Assembly: GCA_005889075.1 (NCBI GenBank)
Contig: VBDQ01000033.1
Span: 1,398-63,880, forward strand
Source of the DNA: Chloroflexota bacterium
Lineage (GTDB): Bacteria > Chloroflexota > Limnocylindria > P2-11E
Direction of reading: 5' to 3'
Length of the DNA: 62,483 bases
Below the pieces are notes generated by a model. That model was not told the DNA's origin. It saw only the letters and a list, made by a program, of their open reading frames with translations, and made no database searches. Each line of letters starts with the position of its first letter. Positions within the stretch are counted from its first letter, which is position 1. This document shows, one piece after another, positions 10,113-18,897 of this stretch. A program made the translations under genes and the position numbers.

Positions 10113-11726
10113 ATGGCACGTTACGTGCCTCGACTGGCGGGCGAGATGGCAAGCGACGACCGCTTGCGGCGGCTGCACGACGCCACCGCCGAGATCATGC
10201 GCTCACTCGATCTCGAGCACCGCATCCACACGGCGGTCGAGGCGGCGCGGCAGCTGCAGAGCGTCGAGGCGGCCGCGCTGATGCTCCGCGACCCGACCAC
10301 GGACTCGCTGCAGATCCGTGCCTACGAGGGTCTGTCCCAGACCTACGCCTCGCGGCAGCGGATCCCGATGGAGCGAGCGCGCGCGGCCTACCGGGGCGCG
10401 GACGTGCACAGCGTGTTCGACCTGGGGCAGAGCGCGCTCGGGGATGCCGAGCTGGTCCGGGCGGAAGGTCTCGTGCGCGCCCTGGCCGTGCCTCTGGTCA
10501 AGGAGGGGGAGCTCATCGGCGCGCTCATCATCTACACCAAGGACCCGACGCGTTCGTTCTCCGACGAGGACATCGAGATCGCCCACATCCTCGCGGCGCA
10601 GCTGACAATCGCAGTCTCCAACTCGCTTCTCTATCAGGAAGCGATCGCCCAGCGCCAGCTGACGAACGAGATCCTCGAGGCTCTCGGCGAAGGCATCATC
10701 ATCAGCTGGCCGGACGGCCGCGCGGAGCTCAACCCGCGCGCGCGGGAGATCCTCGGTCTCGACTCGGGCACGACCACGCTCGCAGCGATCCGCGCGGCGA
10801 TGCGGCCGGAAAGGCCAGCCGGCGAGGCCGAGGGCCCGCCGGATCTGCCGGTCGACCGCGCGCTACGCGGCGAGAAGATCGCCGACGAGTACACGTTCGT
10901 CGACCCGGCGACCGGTGAACGGCGTGAGGCGTTCGTCACGGCCGCACCGGTGCGCGTCGACGGCACGATCGTCGCGGCGGTAGGGACGATCCACGATCTG
11001 AGCGGCACGCGGGCCGCGGAACGCGAGCGCGAGCAATTCCTCTCGATCGTCTCGCACGAGCTTCGCACCCCGCTCACCCCGCTCAAGGCGCTCGCGCAGC
11101 TGATCCGGTCGCGGATCCGCCGATCGCGCGAGAACGACACGCCTCTCGAGCTCGAGTCACTCGAGCGGAATCTCGCGGCGATCGAGCGTCAGGTCGACCG
11201 GATGAACGGGCTGGTGAACGACCTGCTCTCGGTCTCGCGGGCCGAGCGGGGAACGCTTCGGATGGAGTCGGGAGGATTTGACCTCGCAAGTGTCGTGCGC
11301 GACGTCGTGCAGCGCTACGTTCTCGCGACCGCCGAGGAAGGCAGGCACCGCTTCGAGGTGAAGGTGCCGGAGACCTTCCGGGCCCGCGGTGACCTCGCCC
11401 GGATCGATCAGCTGCTGATGAACCTCGTGGGCAACGCCGTGAAATATTCGCCCAGCGGCGGCGAGATCCGCGTCTCCCTGGTGCGCCACGATGGCACCGC
11501 CGAGATCACGATCAGCGACGAAGGGATTGGCATTCCCGTCGATGAGCTTTCGAAGCTCGGGCACGCGTTCGTCCGCGGTGCCGGTCGCGCCGCGAGCTTC
11601 GCGGGTATGGGTGTTGGGCTCTACGTCGCGCGTCTGGTGGCCGAAGCGCATGCGGGGAGGCTCGCGATCGAGAGCGATGGGGACGGGAAGGGCACGACGG
11701 TCAAGGTGACGCTTCCGCTGGGCTAG
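10113..11726 (+). CDS. GAF-PAS sensor histidine kinase (soluble)
   Basis: GAF, PAS-like region, SHELRTPLT H-box, NLVGNAVKYS N-box, DEGIGI and GMGVGL G-boxes. Confidence 0.93.
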   Translation: MARYVPRLAGEMASDDRLRRLHDATAEIMRSLDLEHRIHTAVEAARQLQSVEAAALMLRDPTTDSLQIRAYEGLSQTYASRQRIPMERARAAYRGADVHSVFDLGQSALGDAELVRAEGLVRALAVPLVKEGELIGALIIYTKDPTRSFSDEDIEIAHILAAQLTIAVSNSLLYQEAIAQRQLTNEILEALGEGIIISWPDGRAELNPRAREILGLDSGTTTLAAIRAAMRPERPAGEAEGPPDLPVDRALRGEKIADEYTFVDPATGERREAFVTAAPVRVDGTIVAAVGTIHDLSGTRAAEREREQFLSIVSHELRTPLTPLKALAQLIRSRIRRSRENDTPLELESLERNLAAIERQVDRMNGLVNDLLSVSRAERGTLRMESGGFDLASVVRDVVQRYVLATAEEGRHRFEVKVPETFRARGDLARIDQLLMNLVGNAVKYSPSGGEIRVSLVRHDGTAEITISDEGIGIPVDELSKLGHAFVRGAGRAASFAGMGVGLYVARLVAEAHAGRLAIESDGDGKGTTVKVTLPLG

Positions 11727-11807
11727 TCGGTGCTCGCGCTGGACCCTGTCGCACAAAATGACGACAGGAATGCTCACTTTTGACGACAACACTCGCGCGG
11801 CAATTTC

Positions 11808-12629
11808 ATGCACGATGCGATCGTGCCGAAGAACTGGGCGAAGGGCCTCACGAAGGCGACAGACGCGCGTATCGCGCGCGCAGCTGAAGCACACCGTGGA
11901 CTTCGTTGTGGGCGGAGGTCGACTGTCGATCGCCGCCGCGGCCCCGGGTCCAGGCTCGAGCCACTCTTTTGGACGCCAGCCCTTGCATACGCAGTCGGGC
12001 TCGCGGCGACCGACGGATGTCTGATCAATACGGGACGTCATGTCGCGTTCGTCTCAACCGACCGGGACCTTATGGAGACGTTTCTCGCCTGCATCGGACG
12101 CAGAAGCTCAAACTTTCGCAAAGACGGCAATGCCTATCGAGCTCAACTTGGCGACGTCGAACTTTACCGATGGCTTTCAGAAACGGGTCTCACCCAGCGG
12201 AAGAGCCTGACGCTCGGCGCAGTTCAGGTACCTGCTGAGCTGTTCTTGGATCTGGTCCGTGGCTTATTCGACGGCGATGGTTCCATCTCGCACTACGTGC
12301 ATCGGCCAGTTTCGCGGAAGTACCCACGCTATTTGTATCGGCGTCTGACTGTCCGCTTTCGCTCTGCGAGTCCGGAACATTTGCGGTGGCTTCAAAAGAA
12401 GCTCGCCGAGGTGCTATCGATCAAGGGCGCCGTCGTGCAACAGTCAAAGGATCGGGCCCACAACATGTACGCGCTTCAGTACACCAAGTACGCATCGATC
12501 TCCCTGTTAACGAAGCTTTACGAGGATCAGGAAAGCCCGCGACTGCGGCGCAAGTGGCTCATCTGGGAAGCCTTCAAGGCGCAACCTGTGACAACACGAC
12601 CGTATCGAAGGCGAAAGAAACCGCACTGA
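11808..12629 (+). CDS. Free-standing LAGLIDADG-family (DOD-type) endonuclease-like protein
   Basis: Two LAGLIDADG motifs (LAYAVGLAATDG; LVRGLFDGDGS), basic N-terminal PKNWAKGLTKATDAR, visibly lower GC than the flanks. Start may be GTG 11823. Confidence 0.82.
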   Translation: MHDAIVPKNWAKGLTKATDARIARAAEAHRGLRCGRRSTVDRRRGPGSRLEPLFWTPALAYAVGLAATDGCLINTGRHVAFVSTDRDLMETFLACIGRRSSNFRKDGNAYRAQLGDVELYRWLSETGLTQRKSLTLGAVQVPAELFLDLVRGLFDGDGSISHYVHRPVSRKYPRYLYRRLTVRFRSASPEHLRWLQKKLAEVLSIKGAVVQQSKDRAHNMYALQYTKYASISLLTKLYEDQESPRLRRKWLIWEAFKAQPVTTRPYRRRKKPH

Positions 12630-12635
12630 CGTCAG

Positions 12636-12719
12636 TGCCGGAGGAGGGATTCGAACCCTCATGGGCTTTCGCCCAGCAGATTTTGAGTCTGCCGCGTAAG
12701 ACCGTCCCGCCGCTCCGGC
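12636..12719 (-). tRNA. tRNA-Leu (anticodon CAA), CCA not encoded
   Basis: GCCGGAG/CTCCGGC acceptor stem, GCAGA-CTCAAAA-TCTGC anticodon arm, long variable arm, GAGGG-TTCGAAT-CCCTC T arm, discriminator A. Confidence 0.95.
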
Positions 12720-12723
12720 TCAT

Positions 12724-13536
12724 TCACATTCTAGGTTTCAGAAGCAGCTTCATCGTCTCGCGAGCGAGGGTCGGGTTCCCGATGACGACCTGACGTTCGT
12801 TCCAGGTCGCGTCGCCTCCGGTCTTGAGCGACAGCACGGCGGCACCGGCCTCGCGCGCGACGAGCGAAGCGGCAGCGATATCCCACGGTGAGAGTGCCGA
12901 ATGGACGAAAAGGTCCAAGCGGCCCATCGCGACATAGGCGATCTCGAGGCCGGCCGAGCCGATGACGCGAAGACGCGCGCACGTCGCGTTCAGGATCGCG
13001 AAGCGCGAGCCGGGTTTGGCGGTCTCGGCGAACCGTAAGCTCGCGACCGCGAATGCCTCACTCGGCTTTACGACGCTCGAGACCTTGATCCGTATGCGGT
13101 TGCGCGTTGCGCCGGCGCCCTCGGACGCGAGGAACGTCTCACCCGTTCGTGGCGCGTGCACGGCAGCCGCTCGCACCCGTCCTTCCTCGACGTAGCCGAT
13201 GAGGACGCAATAGAACGGCAGCCCGCGGCTGAAGTTCAGCGTGCCATCGATCGGATCGACCACCCACAACCGTTCCGCTCTCGCGAGGTCTTTGCGCGGG
13301 CTCTCTTCGGTGAGCACGGGCACTCCCGCATCGTGGGCGGCGAGCCGCTCGAGGATCGTCCGCTCCGCGGCGTGGTCGGCCGCGGTCGCGAAGTTCGCTC
13401 GGCCTCGTTTCCGGGTGACGATCGCGGTGTCTTCGACGGCGATCGCATCGCCGACGGTGGTGGCGATGTCCGCGGCGAAGCGCGCAAGCTTCGCGAACCG
13501 CGCGCGGTCGCGCAGGCTAGGCCCTGCCTCCGACAT
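12724..13536 (-). CDS. Inositol monophosphatase family protein (SuhB-like)
   Basis: TEE, WVVDPIDGTLNF, GSAGLE, WDIAAASLVAREAG motifs. Confidence 0.9.
   Translation of the reverse strand: MSEAGPSLRDRARFAKLARFAADIATTVGDAIAVEDTAIVTRKRGRANFATAADHAAERTILERLAAHDAGVPVLTEESPRKDLARAERLWVVDPIDGTLNFSRGLPFYCVLIGYVEEGRVRAAAVHAPRTGETFLASEGAGATRNRIRIKVSSVVKPSEAFAVASLRFAETAKPGSRFAILNATCARLRVIGSAGLEIAYVAMGRLDLFVHSALSPWDIAAASLVAREAGAAVLSLKTGGDATWNERQVVIGNPTLARETMKLLLKPRM
12728..12733 (-). promoter_or_regulatory. -10 element (TAGAAT) for tRNA-Leu
   Basis: TAGAAT lies 8 nt upstream of the tRNA 5' end. Confidence 0.6.
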
Positions 13537-13915
13537 CGGCTGGGCAGAGTACGCGGACCCGCTCCAGCAGGTCGTTCAGGTCGAAGGGTTTCGAGATCAC
13601 GTCGGTGATGCCGCGCTCCTCGAATTCCTTCTCGAACTGTCCGGCGGCAGCGCTGATGAACAGCACCGGCATCTCCTGGATGTCCTGATCCTCGCGAACG
13701 CGATCGAACACCTCGAAGCCGTTGAGGCCCGGCATCATGATGTCGAGGATGAGGAGGTGGGCATGCACTTGACGCACGGTTTCGATGACAAGTGCGCCGT
13801 CGGCGACGACGACCGCCTGATAGCCCGCTTCGTCATTGAGCGCGTCACGAAGCAGCATCGCTATCGGCTCGTCGTCCTCGCCGATAACGATGACGCGCTT
13901 CTTCAGTTCCTGCAC
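13517..13915 (-). CDS. Single-domain response regulator (receiver)
   Basis: GEDD, LDIMMPGLNGFE, FISA, SKPFD. Start GTG 13915 follows TAGATT (13924-13929). Confidence 0.88.
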   Translation of the reverse strand: MQELKKRVIVIGEDDEPIAMLLRDALNDEAGYQAVVVADGALVIETVRQVHAHLLILDIMMPGLNGFEVFDRVREDQDIQEMPVLFISAAAGQFEKEFEERGITDVISKPFDLNDLLERVRVLCPADVGGRA

Positions 13916-13962
13916 CGCACCGAAATCTACCCAACCCGCATTGAGCCGGCCAATCGAGCGCG

Positions 13963-14556
13963 ATGAGGAACGCTTCCGACGAGACGAACGCAGAACTTCT
14001 CGATCGCGCGCGCCGTGGCGAGGGACGCGCGTTCGAAGATCTCGCGCGAGCGGTCGAGCGACCACTCTATCGACACGCGCTCCGAATGCTTGCGAACGCG
14101 AGCGATGCCGAAGACGTCGTGCAGGACGCGCTCCTTTCCGCATGGAAGTCGCTGTCGTCATTTGAGGGCGCCTCGTTTCGTGCGTGGATCTTCCGTATCA
14201 CAACGAACCGCGCGCTCGATCGCTTGCGGGCGCGCAAGCGGCGCCCGGAGCTCCCCCTCGATCCGCCTGCGGATGATGAAGAGGCGGGCTGGGCCGAGCC
14301 GGCGGCGAGCAGCGCGGAGCTCGCCGATCTTGTCGGAGACCGCGAAGCCGTCGCGCTCATCGAAGAAGCTCTCGGCCTGCTTCCGCCCGAGCAGCGGGCT
14401 GCCCTCCTGCTGCGCGATGTCGAGGGCTTCGCGTACGAGGAGATCGCGACCATCACCGTCGCGGAGATCGGGACAGTCAAATCGCGGATCCACCGTGGAC
14501 GTCTTGCGGTGCGGAACGCGCTCGTGGCGAAGGGCTGGAAAGGGTCTGCCGGATGA
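13963..14556 (+). CDS. ECF RNA polymerase sigma factor
   Basis: DAEDVVQD, FRAWIFRITTN region 2; YEEIA...GTVKSRIHRGR region 4. Confidence 0.93.
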   Translation: MRNASDETNAELLDRARRGEGRAFEDLARAVERPLYRHALRMLANASDAEDVVQDALLSAWKSLSSFEGASFRAWIFRITTNRALDRLRARKRRPELPLDPPADDEEAGWAEPAASSAELADLVGDREAVALIEEALGLLPPEQRAALLLRDVEGFAYEEIATITVAEIGTVKSRIHRGRLAVRNALVAKGWKGSAG

Positions 14557-14592
14557 GGCGGGAACCGATTGGACGCCGCGGCGTCATAGAGG

Positions 14593-15249
14593 ATGGAGGC
14601 TAGAACCGCCGTGCATCCGTTCGCCGACCTCAACGCGTACATCGACGGAGCGCTCGACCCGCAGTCGCGGGAGCGCGTCGATGCGCACCTCGGATCGTGC
14701 GCGATCTGCAGCACGCGTGTCGCCGAGCTTCGTGCGACGGCGAAGCTCATTGCTGCGCTACCGGCACCCGCTCCTGCGCGGTCGCTCGTCCCGCGCATAG
14801 CCGTGCCGATGTGGCTCGCCCCGCTTCGCACCGCGTCGGCGGTCGCGAGCGGGCTCGCTCTGGTCGTCTTCGTGATCTCCCTTGGCTCTGGCTTCGCACG
14901 GCAAACCAGCGGAGCCGCTGCCCCCGCGCCCCAGTTGAACGATCGGACGGGTGCCGCAGCCTCGGGCCAGCCCGCGCTCGCTCCGGCGCCGCCGTCGTCA
15001 GCTGCGTTCTCCGCGGTGGGCTCGCCGAACCCGGCCGCGCGAAGCGCGGCGGATACGCAGAAGGCCGTGACCGGGACGGCCGCACCCGGTGAAGCGGCGC
15101 AGCAGACCGCCACGGCAGGTCCGCAGGCGGTGGCCTTGCACGCGCCCGCGAATCCGGAAAGCGGGCAATCGCCCGTGGTCTGGCTTGCGCTCGCGATCGC
15201 GTTCGCCGTTATCGCGATTTTTGCGACGTGGAGGCTCCGCGCGGCCTAA
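14593..15249 (+). CDS. Zinc-finger (zf-HC2) membrane anti-sigma factor
   Basis: YIDGAL...HLGSCAIC ZAS motif, TM segments, directly after the ECF sigma. Confidence 0.85.
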   Translation: MEARTAVHPFADLNAYIDGALDPQSRERVDAHLGSCAICSTRVAELRATAKLIAALPAPAPARSLVPRIAVPMWLAPLRTASAVASGLALVVFVISLGSGFARQTSGAAAPAPQLNDRTGAAASGQPALAPAPPSSAAFSAVGSPNPAARSAADTQKAVTGTAAPGEAAQQTATAGPQAVALHAPANPESGQSPVVWLALAIAFAVIAIFATWRLRAA

Positions 15250-15265
15250 CGGCGATACTCGTTGT

Positions 15266-18004
15266 GTGGCGGAGCGTCTTGTCCTTATCGATTCCAACAG
15301 CCTGATCTACCGGGCGTTCTTCGCGGTCCCTCCGCTGACGACGACCAAGGGCGAGCTCGCTAACGCGACCTTCGGGTTCGCCTCGATCCTCCTCAAGTCG
15401 CTTGAGCAGACGACGCCGCAGCACATCGCGGCCGCGTTCGACCTGCCTCAACCGACGTTCCGTCACGAGCGCGAGGCGACGTACAAGGCGACCCGCCGCC
15501 CCATGCCTGACGAGCTCCGGCCACAGCTCGAGCGGTGCAAGCAGCTACTCGAGAAGTTCGGCATCCCGATGTATTCGCTGCCGGGCTACGAGGCTGACGA
15601 CGTGATCGGCGCATTGGCGCGGCAGGCCGAGGCGAAGGGCCTCGAAACGATCATCGTCTCGGGGGACCTCGATCCCCTCCAGCTCGTTTCGCCGCTCATC
15701 AAGCTCATGACCACGCGCCAGGGCTTCCAGAACACCGTGATCTATGACGAGGAGCTGATCCGCCAGCGCTACGGTCTTCGTCCCGATCAGATGGTCGACT
15801 TCAAGGCGCTCAAAGGGGATGCGACCGACAACATCCCCGGCGTGCCGGGCGTCGGCGAGAAGACCGCGGCAAAGCTCGTCGCCGAGCATGCGAACCTCGA
15901 TGGCGTCTACGCCGACCTCGGGCCCTACACGCCGCGGCTGCGCGAAGCGCTGGCCGCGAACAAGGACCAGGTCTATAGGAGCCGCGAGCTCGCGACGATC
16001 GTCACCGAGCTGCCGGTCACGCTCGAGCTCGACCGCACGCGCCGCTCGACGTACGACCGCGCCGCCGTGCTGGATCTCTTCCGCGATCTCGAGTTCCGCA
16101 GCCTCGTGCCGCGCCTTCCTCCCGCCGACCAGAACGTCGCCGCGCCGCTGCCGGCACGTCCGCAGACCGCCGCGCGCGGCGGTCAGATGCAGCTCGGCCT
16201 CGAGACACCGCCGGCGATCACCTCGCCGGTCGAGACCACGCTTGTGGCCGACGTCGATGTCGACGATGTCGTGGCGCGCATCCGCGCATCCGGTGCGGTC
16301 GCGGTACACGCCGACATCGACGCGTCGGGCGGCCATCCCACCCTCGTCGGGCTCGGACTCGCGGCGGGAGAGCGCGTCTGGTATCTGCCGACCCCCGAGG
16401 ACGTGCCACCCGCGATCGCCGAGGTGCTGCGCGACGACCAAGTCCGCAAGACCGCGCATGACGCGAAGACGGCGCGGCGGGCACTTCGCCGCGCGGGCGC
16501 CGATCTTGGCGGCCTTGAGATGGACACGATGATCGCGAGCTATCTCGTCAACGCGAGTCGCCGGTACCACGCACTCGAGGACCTCGCGGCGGAGCGACTC
16601 AAGCTTGAGGTCCCGACCCTGCCCGCCCCCGATCGCAAAGATCCGTATCGCACCGCGACGATGGAGGAGCGGCTTGCGCGGGCTGGTGCGGGCGCGGTCG
16701 CCGCGGCGCGGCTCGGTGAGCTCTTCGCCGGCGAGCTCGAGCGTCTCGGTCTCGAGCGGCTCTACCGCGAGGTCGAGCTGCCCCTCGTGGACGTGCTCGT
16801 TGAGATGGAAGAGGCCGGCATCGCGGTCGACCTCGGATACCTGCGCTCGCTGGGCGAGGAGTTCGCGCGCGAGGTCGCGCGTATCGAGCGCGAGGCGTAC
16901 GACGCCGTGGGGCACGACTTTGGCATCAACTCGCCGAAGCAGCTGCAGTCCCTGCTGTTCGAGGAGCTCAAGCTCCCGCGTGGTCGGCGCACCGGGACCG
17001 GTTATTCCACCGACGCGACCGTGCTGGAGGAGCTTCGCGGCGTGCATCCGGTGATCGAGAAGATCCTCGAGTACCGCGAGATCGAGAAGCTGCGCTCGAC
17101 GTACGCCGAAGGGCTCGGAAGCCTCGTCGATCCCGAGACGCGGCGCGTCCACACGACGTTCGAGCAGACCGTGGCGGCCACGGGCCGTCTCTCCAGTCGC
17201 GGCCCCAACCTGCAGAACATCCCGATCCGCACCCCGCTCGGTCGCCGGATCCGTCGCGCTTTCGTAGCCGGCTCGCCCGACCTCGTGCTCGTCGCTGCGG
17301 ACTACTCGCAGATCGAGCTGCGCGTGCTCGCCCACGTCTCGCAGGACCCTGCGCTGATCGAGGCGTTCCGCTCGGGAGCGGACGTGCATCGCCGCACCGC
17401 TGCGGCCGGCTTCGGCGTTCCCGAGTCCGCTGTGACGAAAGAGCAGCGCGACGTCGCGAAGATGCTCAACTTCGGGATCATCTACGGGATGAGTGACTTC
17501 GGGCTCGCCTGGCGGATGAACATGCAGCGCGAAGAGGCACAGCGGTTCATCGACGAATACTTCAAGCGATACGCGCAGGTGCGGCGGTACGTCATCGAGA
17601 CGAAGGCGTTCTGCATCGAGCAGGGCTACGTCGAGACGCTCCTTGGACGACGCCGGTACATCCCCGACATGACGAGTCCGGTCAACGCCGTGCGGAGCGC
17701 CGCCGAGCGCATGGCCATCAACATGCCGATACAGGGGACGGCCGCGGACATCATGAAGATCGCGATGTCGCGGGTGCACCAGGCGCTGCACGAGAGCGAT
17801 CTGCACGCGCGCGTCGTTCTACAGGTCCACGACGAGCTCGTCGCGGAAGTGCCGCGGGTCGAAGTCGAACTGATGGCGCGCCTGCTCTGCGACAAGATGA
17901 GCGACGCGTTCGAGCTCGACGTGCCACTGGTCGTCGACGTGCGCGCGGGCCCGAATTGGGACGAGATGGAGCGCCTCGAGGTGCCCGCCGCGGCGCATGC
18001 CTGA
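15266..18004 (+). CDS. polA: DNA polymerase I
   Basis: LVLIDSNSLIYRAFFA, GYEADD, DNIPGVPGVGEKTA, ADYSQIELR, QVHDEL. Start GTG 15266. Confidence 0.98.
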   Translation: MAERLVLIDSNSLIYRAFFAVPPLTTTKGELANATFGFASILLKSLEQTTPQHIAAAFDLPQPTFRHEREATYKATRRPMPDELRPQLERCKQLLEKFGIPMYSLPGYEADDVIGALARQAEAKGLETIIVSGDLDPLQLVSPLIKLMTTRQGFQNTVIYDEELIRQRYGLRPDQMVDFKALKGDATDNIPGVPGVGEKTAAKLVAEHANLDGVYADLGPYTPRLREALAANKDQVYRSRELATIVTELPVTLELDRTRRSTYDRAAVLDLFRDLEFRSLVPRLPPADQNVAAPLPARPQTAARGGQMQLGLETPPAITSPVETTLVADVDVDDVVARIRASGAVAVHADIDASGGHPTLVGLGLAAGERVWYLPTPEDVPPAIAEVLRDDQVRKTAHDAKTARRALRRAGADLGGLEMDTMIASYLVNASRRYHALEDLAAERLKLEVPTLPAPDRKDPYRTATMEERLARAGAGAVAAARLGELFAGELERLGLERLYREVELPLVDVLVEMEEAGIAVDLGYLRSLGEEFAREVARIEREAYDAVGHDFGINSPKQLQSLLFEELKLPRGRRTGTGYSTDATVLEELRGVHPVIEKILEYREIEKLRSTYAEGLGSLVDPETRRVHTTFEQTVAATGRLSSRGPNLQNIPIRTPLGRRIRRAFVAGSPDLVLVAADYSQIELRVLAHVSQDPALIEAFRSGADVHRRTAAAGFGVPESAVTKEQRDVAKMLNFGIIYGMSDFGLAWRMNMQREEAQRFIDEYFKRYAQVRRYVIETKAFCIEQGYVETLLGRRRYIPDMTSPVNAVRSAAERMAINMPIQGTAADIMKIAMSRVHQALHESDLHARVVLQVHDELVAEVPRVEVELMARLLCDKMSDAFELDVPLVVDVRAGPNWDEMERLEVPAAAHA

Positions 18005-18012
18005 GCCCGACG

Positions 18013-18897
18013 ATGCCTGAGCTGCCTGAGGTCGAGACGATCGCGCGCCAGCTACGCGAGCTCGTCGTCGATCGCACGATCTCGGACTTCTCCTCGAGCT
18101 GGGTCCGTCTCACGGAGCCGGAGCCTGCCAGTGTCTTCGCGGCGCGGCTTCGCGGCCGCACGATCACCGGCGTCCGCCGGCGCGGGAAGTTCGTCGTCTT
18201 CGATCTCGACGATGGCGACGCGCTGGTGGTCTCGCTGCGCATGACGGGCAAGCTGCTGTACGGCGTCGATGGAGTCGACGAGCGTTACGTGAGGGGCGAG
18301 ATCGCCTTCACGGACGGGACCGCGCTTCGGTTCTCAGACACCAGGAAATTCGGACGCATGGCGATCGTCGACGCGGCGACCCTGGACGCGGTGCCCGAGC
18401 CCCGACGACCGAGGATGCCGCTGCACTCGTCGCTCGGGCAGGAGCCGCTCGAGCGCCGCTTCACGGCCGCGTGGCTGCGAGAGCTTCTCCGCCGACGGTC
18501 CCGCGCGGCGATCAAGCCGCTGCTCCTCGATCAGCGTGCGATCGCCGGCATCGGGAACATCTATGCGATCGAGGCGCTCTGGCGCGCGCGGATCCATCCG
18601 CTGCGCCAGGCCGGCTCGTTGCGGATCGACGAGATCGAGCGCCTCCACGAGGCGATCAAGTGGGCGCTTCGGAAGGGCATCCGGCTGGGCGGCGCGTCCC
18701 GTCGCGACTACGTCGACGCGCGGGGCCGCGAGGGCCGGATGCAGCGGGAGTTCCAGGTGTACGGACGCGCGGGCGAGCCGTGTCCGCGATGTGGTCGGCC
18801 GATCCTGCGGACCGTCGTCGGCGGACGAGGGACTTTCCATTGCCCGCACTGTCAGCGTTCGCCAGCGCGGAGACGCGCGAGACAGGGACGCCGGTGA
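18013..18897 (+). CDS. mutM: Formamidopyrimidine-DNA glycosylase
   Basis: MPELPEVET N-terminus, GIGNIY, C-terminal CPRC...CPHC zinc finger. Confidence 0.96.
   Translation: MPELPEVETIARQLRELVVDRTISDFSSSWVRLTEPEPASVFAARLRGRTITGVRRRGKFVVFDLDDGDALVVSLRMTGKLLYGVDGVDERYVRGEIAFTDGTALRFSDTRKFGRMAIVDAATLDAVPEPRRPRMPLHSSLGQEPLERRFTAAWLRELLRRRSRAAIKPLLLDQRAIAGIGNIYAIEALWRARIHPLRQAGSLRIDEIERLHEAIKWALRKGIRLGGASRRDYVDARGREGRMQREFQVYGRAGEPCPRCGRPILRTVVGGRGTFHCPHCQRSPARRRARQGRR

Noticed and set aside
11726-11733. GTCGGTGC resembling GTCAGTGC at the tRNA 3' end (possible att/target duplication)
   Set aside because: Only a 7/8 match, no integrase, chance-level in GC-rich DNA.
11808-12629. WhiA or intein assignment
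   Set aside because: No WhiA C-terminal HTH, no intein terminal splicing motifs and no host extein.
17997-18022. ATGCCTGAGC direct repeat at the polA/mutM junction
   Set aside because: Short; both genes intact; no functional inference possible.
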